This document shows, piece by piece, positions 1 through 8,793 of a stretch of 44,838 nucleotides of DNA. Every line of letters starts with the position of its first letter. Position 1 is the first letter of the stretch. A program made the translations under genes and the position numbers. Source of the stretch: Armatimonadota bacterium (GTDB lineage: Bacteria; Armatimonadota; UBA5829; DTLH01). The notes beneath the pieces are model-generated. The model searched no databases, was not told where the DNA came from, and saw nothing but the letters and a program-made list of their open reading frames with translations. The stretch is taken from positions 1-44,838 of the forward strand of contig JBDKUN010000034.1 in assembly GCA_039679675.1 (NCBI GenBank), read 5' to 3'.

Positions 1-127
1 TGGAGATAACGTAACAATATCAGCAGAACTCATCCAGCCGATAGCGATGGAAGAGGGACTGAGGTTCGCAATCCGAGAAGGTGGTCACACCGTCGGTGCT
101 GGCGTTGTCAGCCAGGTTATTGAATAG
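1..127 (+). CDS. tuf: Elongation factor Tu, 3' end (partial)
   Basis: Frame from nt 2 reads [41 protein letters not shown], the EF-Tu C-terminus; TAG at 125-127. Confidence 0.97.
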   Translation, partial: GDNVTISAELIQPIAMEEGLRFAIREGGHTVGAGVVSQVIE

Positions 128-195
128 TAAAGGATCAGGGTAAGGATTGGGGTGTCGGATTTATCTAGCCCCATCCTGTCCCTTTAGGAGTTGCA

Positions 196-360
196 ATGGC
201 AGGAGCAGATGTCAGAATAGTCATTACCCTGGCTTGCCAGGAGTGCAAGCACAGGAACTATACGACTACCAAGAACAAAAGAAACGACCCGGATCGCTTG
301 GAGCTTAAGAAATACTGTAAATGGTGTGAGAAACACACAGTTCACAGAGAGGCAAAATGA
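196..360 (+). CDS. rpmG: 50S ribosomal protein L33 (zinc-binding type)
   Basis: Hand translation [54 protein letters not shown]; two CxxC; AGGAG RBS; tuf-rpmG-secE synteny; below the ORF-track size cutoff. Confidence 0.96.
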   Translation: MAGADVRIVITLACQECKHRNYTTTKNKRNDPDRLELKKYCKWCEKHTVHREAK

Positions 361-366
361 TCAGGG

Positions 367-395
367 TTGGCAGCGCCGGAGACCTGTGGTATAAT
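367..395 (+). promoter_or_regulatory. Sigma70-type promoter for tRNA-Trp/secE/nusG
   Basis: TTGGCA-17 nt-TATAAT with TG in the extended -10 position. Confidence 0.6.
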
Positions 396-439
396 ACCGA
401 TGGCGAAAGCGCCGCAAACTTTAGAATTATGTCTCACGC

Positions 440-516
440 AGGCCCATAGCTCAGTTTGGTAGAGCGCTGGTCTCCAAAACCAGATGTCGTCGGTTCGAGC
501 CCGGCTGGGCCTGCCA
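440..516 (+). tRNA. tRNA-Trp (CCA)
   Basis: Acceptor stem AGGCCCA/TGGGCCT, anticodon arm CTGGT-CTCCAAA-ACCAG, T-loop GTTCGAG, encoded 3' CCA; usual position before secE. Confidence 0.97.
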
Positions 517-547
517 ATTTTTGATATTAGGGGAATAGTGAATCGCT

Positions 548-853
548 ATGCCTGACGGAGTTACAGCGAAGGGCGCGGCCAAAGTAAAGGCCGACAAGAA
601 TAAGAGCGATAAGGCCAAGGCTGACAAGTCTCGAATGGAGCGAAAGCCAGATGGTTTCTTCACAAGGCTCTCCAAGTTTATGCGAGAGTCGTACATAGAA
701 GTCGTGAAGAAAGCTGCATGGCCTACCTGGCCAGAGCTTAAGAAGTCTACTGGCGTTGTCATTGTAGCCGTTCTTATTGCGATGGTTTGGTTAGGCGGCT
801 TGGACTTTATTATGACTAAGGTCAGCCTGCTCATAGGCTTAGGGCCTAGATAA
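548..853 (+). CDS. secE: Preprotein translocase subunit SecE
   Basis: E..K..WPTW.EL motif followed by one TM helix; upstream of nusG. Confidence 0.93.
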   Translation: MPDGVTAKGAAKVKADKNKSDKAKADKSRMERKPDGFFTRLSKFMRESYIEVVKKAAWPTWPELKKSTGVVIVAVLIAMVWLGGLDFIMTKVSLLIGLGPR

Positions 854-869
854 CGAGTAAATTACTCAT

Positions 870-1397
870 ATGGCAGAAAAGAATTGGTACGCAATACATA
901 CGTATTCGGGCCATGAAAATAAAGTAAAAACGAATATCGAACGTCGAGCCGAATCGATGAACCTCAAGGATAAGATATTCCGAATCCTTGTCCCTACGGA
1001 GCAGGAGCTCAGGACGAGAGGCGGAAAAAAGCAGGAGGTTCAGCGAAAGGTCTTTCCTGGCTATGTGCTCATCGAGATGGTGCTTGATGACAGCACCTAT
1101 CATCTTGTAAAAAGCACTACTGGAGTAACAGGTTTTTTGACTTCAGGTAATAAGCCTGTCCCGCTCCAGGACAAAGAGGTTCGAGATATTCTGGAACGCA
1201 TCGAAGCTCCCGATAGAAGGCCCAAGGTGCGATGGCAGAAGGACGAAGTTGTTCGTGTTACTGCTGGCCCGTTCACAGATTTTACTGGAAAAATAGAGGA
1301 AGTCAACCCTCAGAAAGAAACGCTGAAGGTGCTTATTTCCATATTCGGCCGCGATACTCCCGTAGAGCTGGAGTTTACGCAGGTCGAACGATTGTAG
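870..1397 (+). CDS. nusG: Transcription termination/antitermination factor NusG
   Basis: WYAIHTYSGHENKVK, FPGYVLIEM, KOW GPFTDFTG, IFGRDTPVELEF. Confidence 0.98.
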   Translation: MAEKNWYAIHTYSGHENKVKTNIERRAESMNLKDKIFRILVPTEQELRTRGGKKQEVQRKVFPGYVLIEMVLDDSTYHLVKSTTGVTGFLTSGNKPVPLQDKEVRDILERIEAPDRRPKVRWQKDEVVRVTAGPFTDFTGKIEEVNPQKETLKVLISIFGRDTPVELEFTQVERL

Positions 1398-1421
1398 GTT
1401 CACTTGGAGGCTAAGGTTTAG

Positions 1422-1847
1422 ATGGCTAAAAAAGTGCTCGGGGTTGTAAAACTTCAGATCCCGGCAGGTAAAGCGACTCCCGCTCCTCCTGTTGGTCCGG
1501 CGCTTGGACAGTACCAGATCAACATGATGGAGTTCATAAAGTCGTACAACGAAAAGACGGCTTCTCAGATGGGGACAATCGTTCCTGTAGAGATAACTGT
1601 ATTCGAGGACAGGTCTTTCACATATGTTCTGAAGACCCCGCCGGCGGTAGAGCTTCTCAAGAAGGCTGCAGGGATCGCAACAGCATCCGGCAGGCCGAAC
1701 ACGGAGAAAGTCGGAAAGGTCACAAGAGACCAGGTCCGTGAGATCGCGAAGATCAAGCTGCCTGACTCTAATGCGTCGAGTGTTGAATCCGAGATGAGAT
1801 CGGTCGAAGGCTCAGCACGCAGCGCAGGCATCGAAGTAGTCGATTAA
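1422..1847 (+). CDS. rplK: 50S ribosomal protein L11
   Basis: [21 protein letters not shown] motif. Confidence 0.98.
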   Translation: MAKKVLGVVKLQIPAGKATPAPPVGPALGQYQINMMEFIKSYNEKTASQMGTIVPVEITVFEDRSFTYVLKTPPAVELLKKAAGIATASGRPNTEKVGKVTRDQVREIAKIKLPDSNASSVESEMRSVEGSARSAGIEVVD

Positions 1848-1893
1848 GGCAAGTAATAGGCTTACTTGTATCGAGCTTATGGCTCGAAATATG

Positions 1894-1937
1894 TGCAGGC
1901 GGCAGGCGAAAGCCATTATCCCGTTTCGGGACCTGCA
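1894..1937 (+). promoter_or_regulatory. Structured rplK-rplA spacer, possible L1 autoregulatory site
   Basis: TGCAGG/CCTGCA closing stem enclosing GGC-GAAA-GCC and TCCCG-TTT-CGGGA hairpins just upstream of the rplA RBS. Confidence 0.4.
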
Positions 1938-1961
1938 AAATAACAAGATTTGGAGAGATAT

Positions 1962-2669
1962 ATGTCAACAAGAGGGAAAAGATACCTCGAAGCCGCCAAG
2001 ACCGTTGGCGACGTGACTCTTGTAGAGCCGGAAGAAGCTATAAAGCTTGTTAAGCAGGCTGCAAGTGCAAAATTCAATGAGACGATAGATGTTGCTATAA
2101 GGCTGGGAGTCGATCCCCGGCATGGTGACCAAATGGTCAGAGGAACAACTAATCTTCCTCATGGCACAGGCAAGAGCAAGAATGTTGCTGTTGTCGCAAA
2201 GGGCGATAAGGCAAAAGAAGCTGAGGAAGCTGGTGCCGATACAGTCGGCGCAGAAGAACTCGTGCAGCAGATCCAGCAGGGATGGGCTGATTTTGATGTT
2301 CTTCTGGCTACCCCGGATGTTATGGGGCTTGTCGGAAGACTTGGTCCTATCCTCCGCGCAAGAATGCCAAGCCCGAAAGCCGGAACAGTTACAGCCGATA
2401 TAGGACGCGCAGTAAAAGAGATCAAATCCGCCTCTAGAGTAGACTACAGGGTTGAAAAAGCCGGTATCGTCCATGCACCGATAGGAAAAGCATCCTACAC
2501 TGAAGAGCAGTTGGCTGAGAACTTGAAAGCGCTCATCACAGCGTTATTGAGAGCAAAACCGGCTGCAGCAAAAGGCCGGTACTTGAAAAAGATTACAATC
2601 TCTTCTACAATGGGACCAGGGATTAATATAGATACTCAAAAAGCCCAGCTCATGGCAGAGAGAGTATAA
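1962..2669 (+). CDS. rplA: 50S ribosomal protein L1
   Basis: [42 protein letters not shown] at 1962 behind GGAGAG. Confidence 0.98.
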   Translation: MSTRGKRYLEAAKTVGDVTLVEPEEAIKLVKQAASAKFNETIDVAIRLGVDPRHGDQMVRGTTNLPHGTGKSKNVAVVAKGDKAKEAEEAGADTVGAEELVQQIQQGWADFDVLLATPDVMGLVGRLGPILRARMPSPKAGTVTADIGRAVKEIKSASRVDYRVEKAGIVHAPIGKASYTEEQLAENLKALITALLRAKPAAAKGRYLKKITISSTMGPGINIDTQKAQLMAERV

Positions 2670-2695
2670 GATATAACAAATAGCTGAATATAGAC

Positions 2696-2836
2696 GCCAT
2701 AGACAGTAGGTATCTTGCAGATTTAATGCTCTATAGAGAGCGCCGACCGAGGCTGAAATAGAGAATGGTGAAGTATTAGATTTCATCATAGTGATAATTT
2801 CGGGCTCGCCTGTCAAGGGCGGGCCCGTTGTGTTTT
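2696..2836 (+). ncRNA. L10 leader (rplJ autoregulatory RNA) with attenuator-like hairpin
   Basis: AGACAGTAGG...TTAA...CCGACCGAGG pattern typical of L10 leaders; GC hairpin CGGGCTCGCC/GGCGGGCCCG plus T-rich tail at 2801-2836. Confidence 0.7.
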
Positions 2837-2873
2837 AAGTATATTAATGACTTACCAAATTGGGGGTGAGTAG

Positions 2874-3407
2874 ATGAAGAAAGACAAAGAACCGAGACCT
2901 GAGAAAGTTCAGGAGATAGAAGATTTACGCGAGATCCTAGGTTCTTCAAAAGCTGCAATTATCGCAGACTATCGTGGTCTTAACGTAAAGAGTATGTCGA
3001 CTCTGCGCAAGCGACTGAGAGAATCGAACGCTGGAATGAGAGTCGTTAAGAATACTCTCTTGAAGAGAGCATCAGAAGGGATGCCGGCTGCTGAGCTGTT
3101 TGAAGGACTGGAGGGGCCGACAGCTCTTGCCTATAGCACGAATGATCCTGTTGATGTAGCTAAGACAATAACAGCATTTGTGAAAGAGTTTAAGCTCCCC
3201 AATATCAAGGGCGGAATTGCCGAAGGGCAATTGATGGATGGAGCCCAGATCCAGGCTCTTGCAAAATTGCCGTCAAGAGCTGTTCTTCTGGCTCAGGTGG
3301 TCGGCGGCCTCCAGGGTCCTGTTGTAAACCTCGTTATGACGATGCAGCAGCTTTATGGAGGTCTTGTTTATACGCTTCAAGGCGTTGCCGACAAGAAACA
3401 GGGATAA
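2874..3407 (+). CDS. rplJ: 50S ribosomal protein L10
   Basis: DYRGLNV, VVKNTLLKRA, GPTALA, LAKLPSR. Confidence 0.97.
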   Translation: MKKDKEPRPEKVQEIEDLREILGSSKAAIIADYRGLNVKSMSTLRKRLRESNAGMRVVKNTLLKRASEGMPAAELFEGLEGPTALAYSTNDPVDVAKTITAFVKEFKLPNIKGGIAEGQLMDGAQIQALAKLPSRAVLLAQVVGGLQGPVVNLVMTMQQLYGGLVYTLQGVADKKQG

Positions 3408-3561
3408 AGGCAATTCTTGGTTTAAGATTCCGGATTGCAGAATTAACATCTTAAATCTATATACATAGGCGAAATCATGGGTAGTCCGAAAATTGTCCCA
3501 TGTTTCGCCACTCCTGCCGCGCAGGCATAAAGGCCAGCGGCTGTAAGGTGAGGTGAAAAAC

Positions 3562-3990
3562 GTGGCAAAAGTAGAAGAAGTAGTACAGAGTGTGCTTGGA
3601 TTATCCTCAGAGGAGAGAGTAGATGCACTGACCCAGGTGGTCGAAGGCATGTCAGTTCTTGATCTGAACCAACTTGTTAAGACAATGCAGGATAAGTTTG
3701 GTGTATCCGCAGCTCCTATGGCAGTAGCAGCCCCTGCAGCGGGCGGCGCAGCCGAGGCAGGACCTGCAGAAGAAGAGAAGACGTCATTCGACGTTGTTCT
3801 TACAGCAGCAGGCGACAAGAAGATCCAGGTAATCAAGGTAGTTCGTGAGCTTACTTCTCTGGGGCTCAAAGAGGCCAAGGAATTGGTCGAAGGAGCACCG
3901 CAGCCGATCAAGCAGGGCGTTTCTAAAGAAGAAGCGGAATCACTTAAGTCCAAGCTTGAGGGAGAGGGCGCGACTGTCGAGATCAAGTAG
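3562..3990 (+). CDS. rplL: 50S ribosomal protein L7/L12
   Basis: KFGVSAA hinge, [37 protein letters not shown] at 3562 behind GAGGTG. Confidence 0.97.
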   Translation: MAKVEEVVQSVLGLSSEERVDALTQVVEGMSVLDLNQLVKTMQDKFGVSAAPMAVAAPAAGGAAEAGPAEEEKTSFDVVLTAAGDKKIQVIKVVRELTSLGLKEAKELVEGAPQPIKQGVSKEEAESLKSKLEGEGATVEIK

Positions 3991-4113
3991 TCGAGTTCTG
4001 AGAAGCAATTACATAACCGGGAATGCGATTCGGGGAGCTTAGGCTCCCCGGCAAACTCCGGCTTGGAGAAATACCATTAAGCAGATGTGAAAGGCGGAAG
4101 CTCAACTATTATG

Positions 4114-4145
4114 AGGGTCAGAGCGATGATTGCTCTGTCCCTTTT
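4114..4145 (+). terminator. Intrinsic terminator/attenuator between rplL and rpoB
   Basis: AGGGTCAGAGCG-loop-TGCTCTGTCCCT followed by TTT. Confidence 0.6.
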
Positions 4146-4210
4146 CGTCGTGTACCATTAATTATAGCTATAATAATATAAAATATATATTAATTAAATC
4201 TTCAGATCTA

Positions 4211-4239
4211 TTGACGAAAGTCTCTGCATCTGCTAAACT
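4211..4239 (+). promoter_or_regulatory. Sigma70 promoter of rpoBC
   Basis: TTGACG-17 nt-TAAACT with TG extension; AT-rich tract upstream. Confidence 0.7.
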
Positions 4240-4275
4240 TATATTTTGCGTGTTTTCACTCACCAGGAGGACCAG

Positions 4276-7200
4276 ATGAAGGAAATTCAGCATAGAACCA
4301 AGCGTACACCGGGAATTATAGACATCCCGAACTTGGTCGAGATCCAGCTTGATTCCTACAAGTGGTTTTTAAGAGAAGGACTTAGAGAACTCTTCCACAG
4401 TTTTTCCCCCATCTACGATTTTACGGGCAATCTATCGCTCGAGTTGGTAGATTACACTCTGGGCGACCCGAAGTATTCGGTCGAAGAATGCCGGAATCGA
4501 GATATGACATATGAAGCGCCTATCAAGGTCAAGGTAAGGCTTCAGGCCAAAGAGGGGGAGGTCATAGAGTCCGAGGTTTACCTCGGCGACCTTCCGCTGA
4601 TGACCGAGAGAGGCACGTTCGTGATAAACGGAGCCGAACGAGTGGTTGTAAGCCAGCTGGCCCGCTCATCGGGTGTGTACTTCAAAGATACACTCGACTT
4701 TTCGGGGCGTGTTCTTTACTTCGCTACTATTATCCCGAACGAAGGTGCATGGGTTGACATCGAGTCAGATGCGAACGACGTTATCTCTGTCAGAGTAGGA
4801 CAGACAAAGAAGTTTCCTCTGACTACGCTTCTGAGAGCCCTTAATGCGTTTCCGCAGGCTTGCCCAGTAACGGAGATGCTTCCGGCCCGCGAAACACTGG
4901 GACGGACGCTCGTAGAGCCTATAGTCGATGTAGAGACCGGTGAAGTCTTGATCGATGCAGGAAAGACCCTTACGGACAAGCTGCTCGCGAAACTTGAAGG
5001 ACATAAGCTGCCCGAGAAAGCAGCAGTTGCTGCGGAGTCGACCCCATGCGATACAACGGGCGAGATTCTGGAGCTTTACTCAAAGAAGAAGAAGCTGAAG
5101 AACCCAACAAGAGACCAGTTGAGGGGCAGGAGGCTTTCTCACGAGATTATCGATCCCAAGACTCAGAAGGTCGTAGTCAAGGCTTATGCCAAGATTACTG
5201 AAGAGGCTGCCAAAAAGGTAGAGAACCTCAAGCTGGAAGAAGTCGAAATCCTCGATACAAACAGGTACGTCGAGGCAACAATTGATCAGGACGGCGCCAA
5301 CAGCAAAGAAGAAGCGCTGATTGATATATACCATAAGGTCAGGCCAGGAGATCCGGCAACTCGCGACAGCGCGAAAAGCCTGCTCAATTCCATATTCTTC
5401 GATACCAGAAGGTACGACCTTGCGAGAGTCGGAAGGTATAAACTGAACAAGAAGCTCGGGCTTAACCTGCCTGAGTCTGTCCGCACTCTTACAAAAGAGG
5501 ACCTTCTAAAAGTAATTGACTATATAATCGGGCTGTCGGAGTCTGGAGCTTTGGTCACTCACCTGATTGTTTCGCGGCTGCATTCGCGTATCCCGGAGCT
5601 TGAAAAAGCTGTCAAAGATGCTGCAAAGACCGCGACAACAGAAGAGAAGGCCGAGGACGGCAAGATCAGCCGGCTCAAAGAAAACCTGGAGGTTTTGCGG
5701 AGTCTTAAGCTCGGCAGTATTCTGACTGAGCAGAAGATCAAGGGCATCAAAGAGCTTCTTGACCTGATTCCGAACGGGCGCAGACTTGTAGCCGAGACAC
5801 CGGCGGAGCTTTTCCCAGAGGAAACGGCTGTCAGGCTTTCACCATGCGATACCGATGACATCGACCACCTCGAAAATAAGAGGGTCAGGTCGGTCGGTGA
5901 GCTTCTCCAGAGCCAGCTCAGGATGGGATTCCTGAGGATGGAGAAGGTCGCGAAGGAACGTATGACGAGTCTAGACCCTGAGAGCGTAATACCGCAGGTA
6001 ATCCTGTCGGTCAAACCGGTCTCAGCGAGCATAAAGAGCTTCTTCGGTTCCAGTCAGTTGTCTCAGTTTATGGACCAGACGAACCCGCTGGCGGAGTTGA
6101 CTCATAAGAGAAGGCTTTCAGCCCTGGGACCTGGTGGACTTTCACGCCAGAGCGCCAAGCTCGAAGTCAGGGACGTTCACCACAGCCACTACGGCAGAAT
6201 ATGTCCTATTGAGACGCCTGAAGGTCCGAATATCGGACTTATCGGTTCCATGGCCATTCACGCCAAGATTGACGAGTATGGTTTCATCAGGTCGCCGTAC
6301 CGTGTCGTGAAAAACGGCAGGGTAACGAACGAAATAGTCTTCATCCCTGCTGATGAGGATGATGAAGAGTACATCGCACCGGCTAATACGCTGATAGATG
6401 AGAAGACCGGCAAATTCCTGACGGATACCGTTCTCGTAAGGCACGAGAACTTCTATCCGCAGGTCCCTTCGGACAAGGTGACTTATGTAGACATCGCTCC
6501 GATGCAGATTATGTCGGTAGCTACGGCGATGATCCCGTTCCTGGAGAACGACGACGCAAACCGGGCGCTGATGGGATCGAACATGCAGAGGCAGGCCGTT
6601 CCGCTTCTCCGAGCGGATGCTCCGCTCGTGAAGACGGGCGTAGAAAGCCGCGCCGCACGTGACTCCAAGGCCGTCATCGTTTCGAAACATGATGGTGTTG
6701 TAAAGAGCGTCACGGCAGAGAAGATCCTCGTCGAAGCGATGGACGGGCAGGTAGATGAATATCATCTTCTCAATATGCTCCGTTCGAACCAGGCCACCTG
6801 TGTTACACAGAAACCTATAGTAAAGGCCGGGAAGAGAGTAAGAGCCGGACAGGTTATCGCTGATGGTCCATCGACGGACGGTGGTGAGCTTGCTCTCGGG
6901 CAGAACGTGCTTTGCACCTTTATGCCATGGCATGGTTACAACTATGAAGACGCTATTCTGCTCTCCGAGAGAATGGTAATTGATGATGTCTATACTTCGA
7001 TCCATATCGAGAAGTATGAGACGGAAGCCAGAGACACAAAGCTCGGTCCTGAAGAGATAACAAGGGATATTCCGAACATCGGCGAGGACATGCTGAAAGA
7101 CCTCGACGAAAACGGCATTATCCGAATCGGCGCGGAAGTCAGACCGGAGGATATCCTGGTCGGAAAGGTCGCGCCTAAGGGGCAGGGAGAGCTTACAGCC

Positions 7201-8793
7201 GAGGAAAGACTGATCATCGCTATCTTCGGTAAGAAGGCCGAAGAGACCAGAGACGTTTCACTCCGCGTTCCGCACGGCGAAACAGGCAAGGTCGTTGATG
7301 TAAAGGTCTTCTCAAGGTTCAAATATAAGTGCACCAGGTGCGCTACCGTATATAACTTCTCGAAGAAGCCGGAAAGAACGCTCTGCGAGCGCTGCGACGG
7401 CGAGCTTTCGAGAGAGCCCGGAGATGAGTTACCGGCAGGCGTCAACCAGCTCGTGCGTGTTTACATAGCCCAGAAACGAAAGGTTATGGAAGGCGACAAG
7501 ATGGCGGGACGCCATGGTAACAAGGGGGTTATTTCGAAGATCCTCCCGATGGAAGATATGCCGTATCTGCCGGATGGAACGCCGGTGGATATAGTCCTGA
7601 ACCCATTGGGCGTTCCGAGCCGAATGAATATCGGACAGATCCTTGAGACGCACCTTGGGATCGTAGGTAAAGAACTCGGAGTATCGTTCCGTAACCCGAT
7701 ATTCCAGGGCGCTGTCGAGCGCGAAATACTCGCTGATCTCGATATTATGGCCTGGAAGCTCAAACTGAAGGCGCTGAAGAGATATGTGACATCAGACCTG
7801 AAGTTCGAAATCGAGTTTCCTGAGGTCGATAAGCTCCAGTCGATGCTGGATCAGGCGCTGAAGAATGTTCAGGAAGTTTCCAAACAGGCTGATCTGGATG
7901 CAGTAATGACGCCGTTCTATGACGCCTGGGATTCCTGCATCGAGAGGATAAGAACGAAGATTTCTGAGTTCGACGCAAGAGATCTTGAGATTTTAAGCGC
8001 GGAAGTCGGAGCTTCGCCTGTAGTTGACGATCCTATGGCGGTCGCCGAATCACTTGTAGAGGATGAAAGCGAAGATGAGACTGAGGAGGGTGAAGAGGCT
8101 GAAGCCAAGCCCAAGGATGAAGGTCCGCTTCCTTATGCAGGTGAGACAGCTCCCAAGGATTATGATATAACCGAAATAATCGATTGTATTATCGATAATG
8201 TGATGCAGCGAGTCGGCCTCGAAGAGGTCAGGGAAGAGAAGGCGGACGGAAGCGTAAAGAGACACCTGAGCGGTAAGATGCAGCTCTACGATGGACTGAC
8301 CGGAGTTCCGTTCAACCAGCCGTCTACTGTAGGTTTTATCTACATGCTCAAACTCGCGCACCTTGTCGAAGACAAGATTCACGCCAGGTCTACCGGACCT
8401 TACTCGCTTGTCACCCAGCAGCCGCTTGGTGGTAAGGCGCAGTTCGGTGGGCAGAGGTTCGGAGAGATGGAAGTATGGGCGCTTGAAGCATATGGCGCGG
8501 CTTACACTCTCCAGGAGATACTGACTATCAAGTCCGACGATGTGCTCGGACGTGTTAAGACATATGAGTCAATCGTGAAAGGCGACAGCATGCTTGAGCC
8601 AGGTGTGCCGGAGTCGTTCAAGATTCTTGTCAATGAGCTTCAGAGCCTTGGACTCAAGGTTACCGTCGAGGATGACCGGGAAAGAGCGATTGACCTCAAG
8701 GACCATGATGATGAGTTCGGTGAGGGAGACGGCGCAGGCAGGATCACTGCAAAGCGCAAACAGAAGGCTCTGGAACTCAAGGAGGATTTCTAA
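4276..8793 (+). CDS. rpoB: DNA-directed RNA polymerase beta subunit, with several lineage-specific insertions
   Basis: [67 protein letters not shown] at 4276 behind AGGAGG. Confidence 0.99.
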   Translation: MKEIQHRTKRTPGIIDIPNLVEIQLDSYKWFLREGLRELFHSFSPIYDFTGNLSLELVDYTLGDPKYSVEECRNRDMTYEAPIKVKVRLQAKEGEVIESEVYLGDLPLMTERGTFVINGAERVVVSQLARSSGVYFKDTLDFSGRVLYFATIIPNEGAWVDIESDANDVISVRVGQTKKFPLTTLLRALNAFPQACPVTEMLPARETLGRTLVEPIVDVETGEVLIDAGKTLTDKLLAKLEGHKLPEKAAVAAESTPCDTTGEILELYSKKKKLKNPTRDQLRGRRLSHEIIDPKTQKVVVKAYAKITEEAAKKVENLKLEEVEILDTNRYVEATIDQDGANSKEEALIDIYHKVRPGDPATRDSAKSLLNSIFFDTRRYDLARVGRYKLNKKLGLNLPESVRTLTKEDLLKVIDYIIGLSESGALVTHLIVSRLHSRIPELEKAVKDAAKTATTEEKAEDGKISRLKENLEVLRSLKLGSILTEQKIKGIKELLDLIPNGRRLVAETPAELFPEETAVRLSPCDTDDIDHLENKRVRSVGELLQSQLRMGFLRMEKVAKERMTSLDPESVIPQVILSVKPVSASIKSFFGSSQLSQFMDQTNPLAELTHKRRLSALGPGGLSRQSAKLEVRDVHHSHYGRICPIETPEGPNIGLIGSMAIHAKIDEYGFIRSPYRVVKNGRVTNEIVFIPADEDDEEYIAPANTLIDEKTGKFLTDTVLVRHENFYPQVPSDKVTYVDIAPMQIMSVATAMIPFLENDDANRALMGSNMQRQAVPLLRADAPLVKTGVESRAARDSKAVIVSKHDGVVKSVTAEKILVEAMDGQVDEYHLLNMLRSNQATCVTQKPIVKAGKRVRAGQVIADGPSTDGGELALGQNVLCTFMPWHGYNYEDAILLSERMVIDDVYTSIHIEKYETEARDTKLGPEEITRDIPNIGEDMLKDLDENGIIRIGAEVRPEDILVGKVAPKGQGELTAEERLIIAIFGKKAEETRDVSLRVPHGETGKVVDVKVFSRFKYKCTRCATVYNFSKKPERTLCERCDGELSREPGDELPAGVNQLVRVYIAQKRKVMEGDKMAGRHGNKGVISKILPMEDMPYLPDGTPVDIVLNPLGVPSRMNIGQILETHLGIVGKELGVSFRNPIFQGAVEREILADLDIMAWKLKLKALKRYVTSDLKFEIEFPEVDKLQSMLDQALKNVQEVSKQADLDAVMTPFYDAWDSCIERIRTKISEFDARDLEILSAEVGASPVVDDPMAVAESLVEDESEDETEEGEEAEAKPKDEGPLPYAGETAPKDYDITEIIDCIIDNVMQRVGLEEVREEKADGSVKRHLSGKMQLYDGLTGVPFNQPSTVGFIYMLKLAHLVEDKIHARSTGPYSLVTQQPLGGKAQFGGQRFGEMEVWALEAYGAAYTLQEILTIKSDDVLGRVKTYESIVKGDSMLEPGVPESFKILVNELQSLGLKVTVEDDRERAIDLKDHDDEFGEGDGAGRITAKRKQKALELKEDF

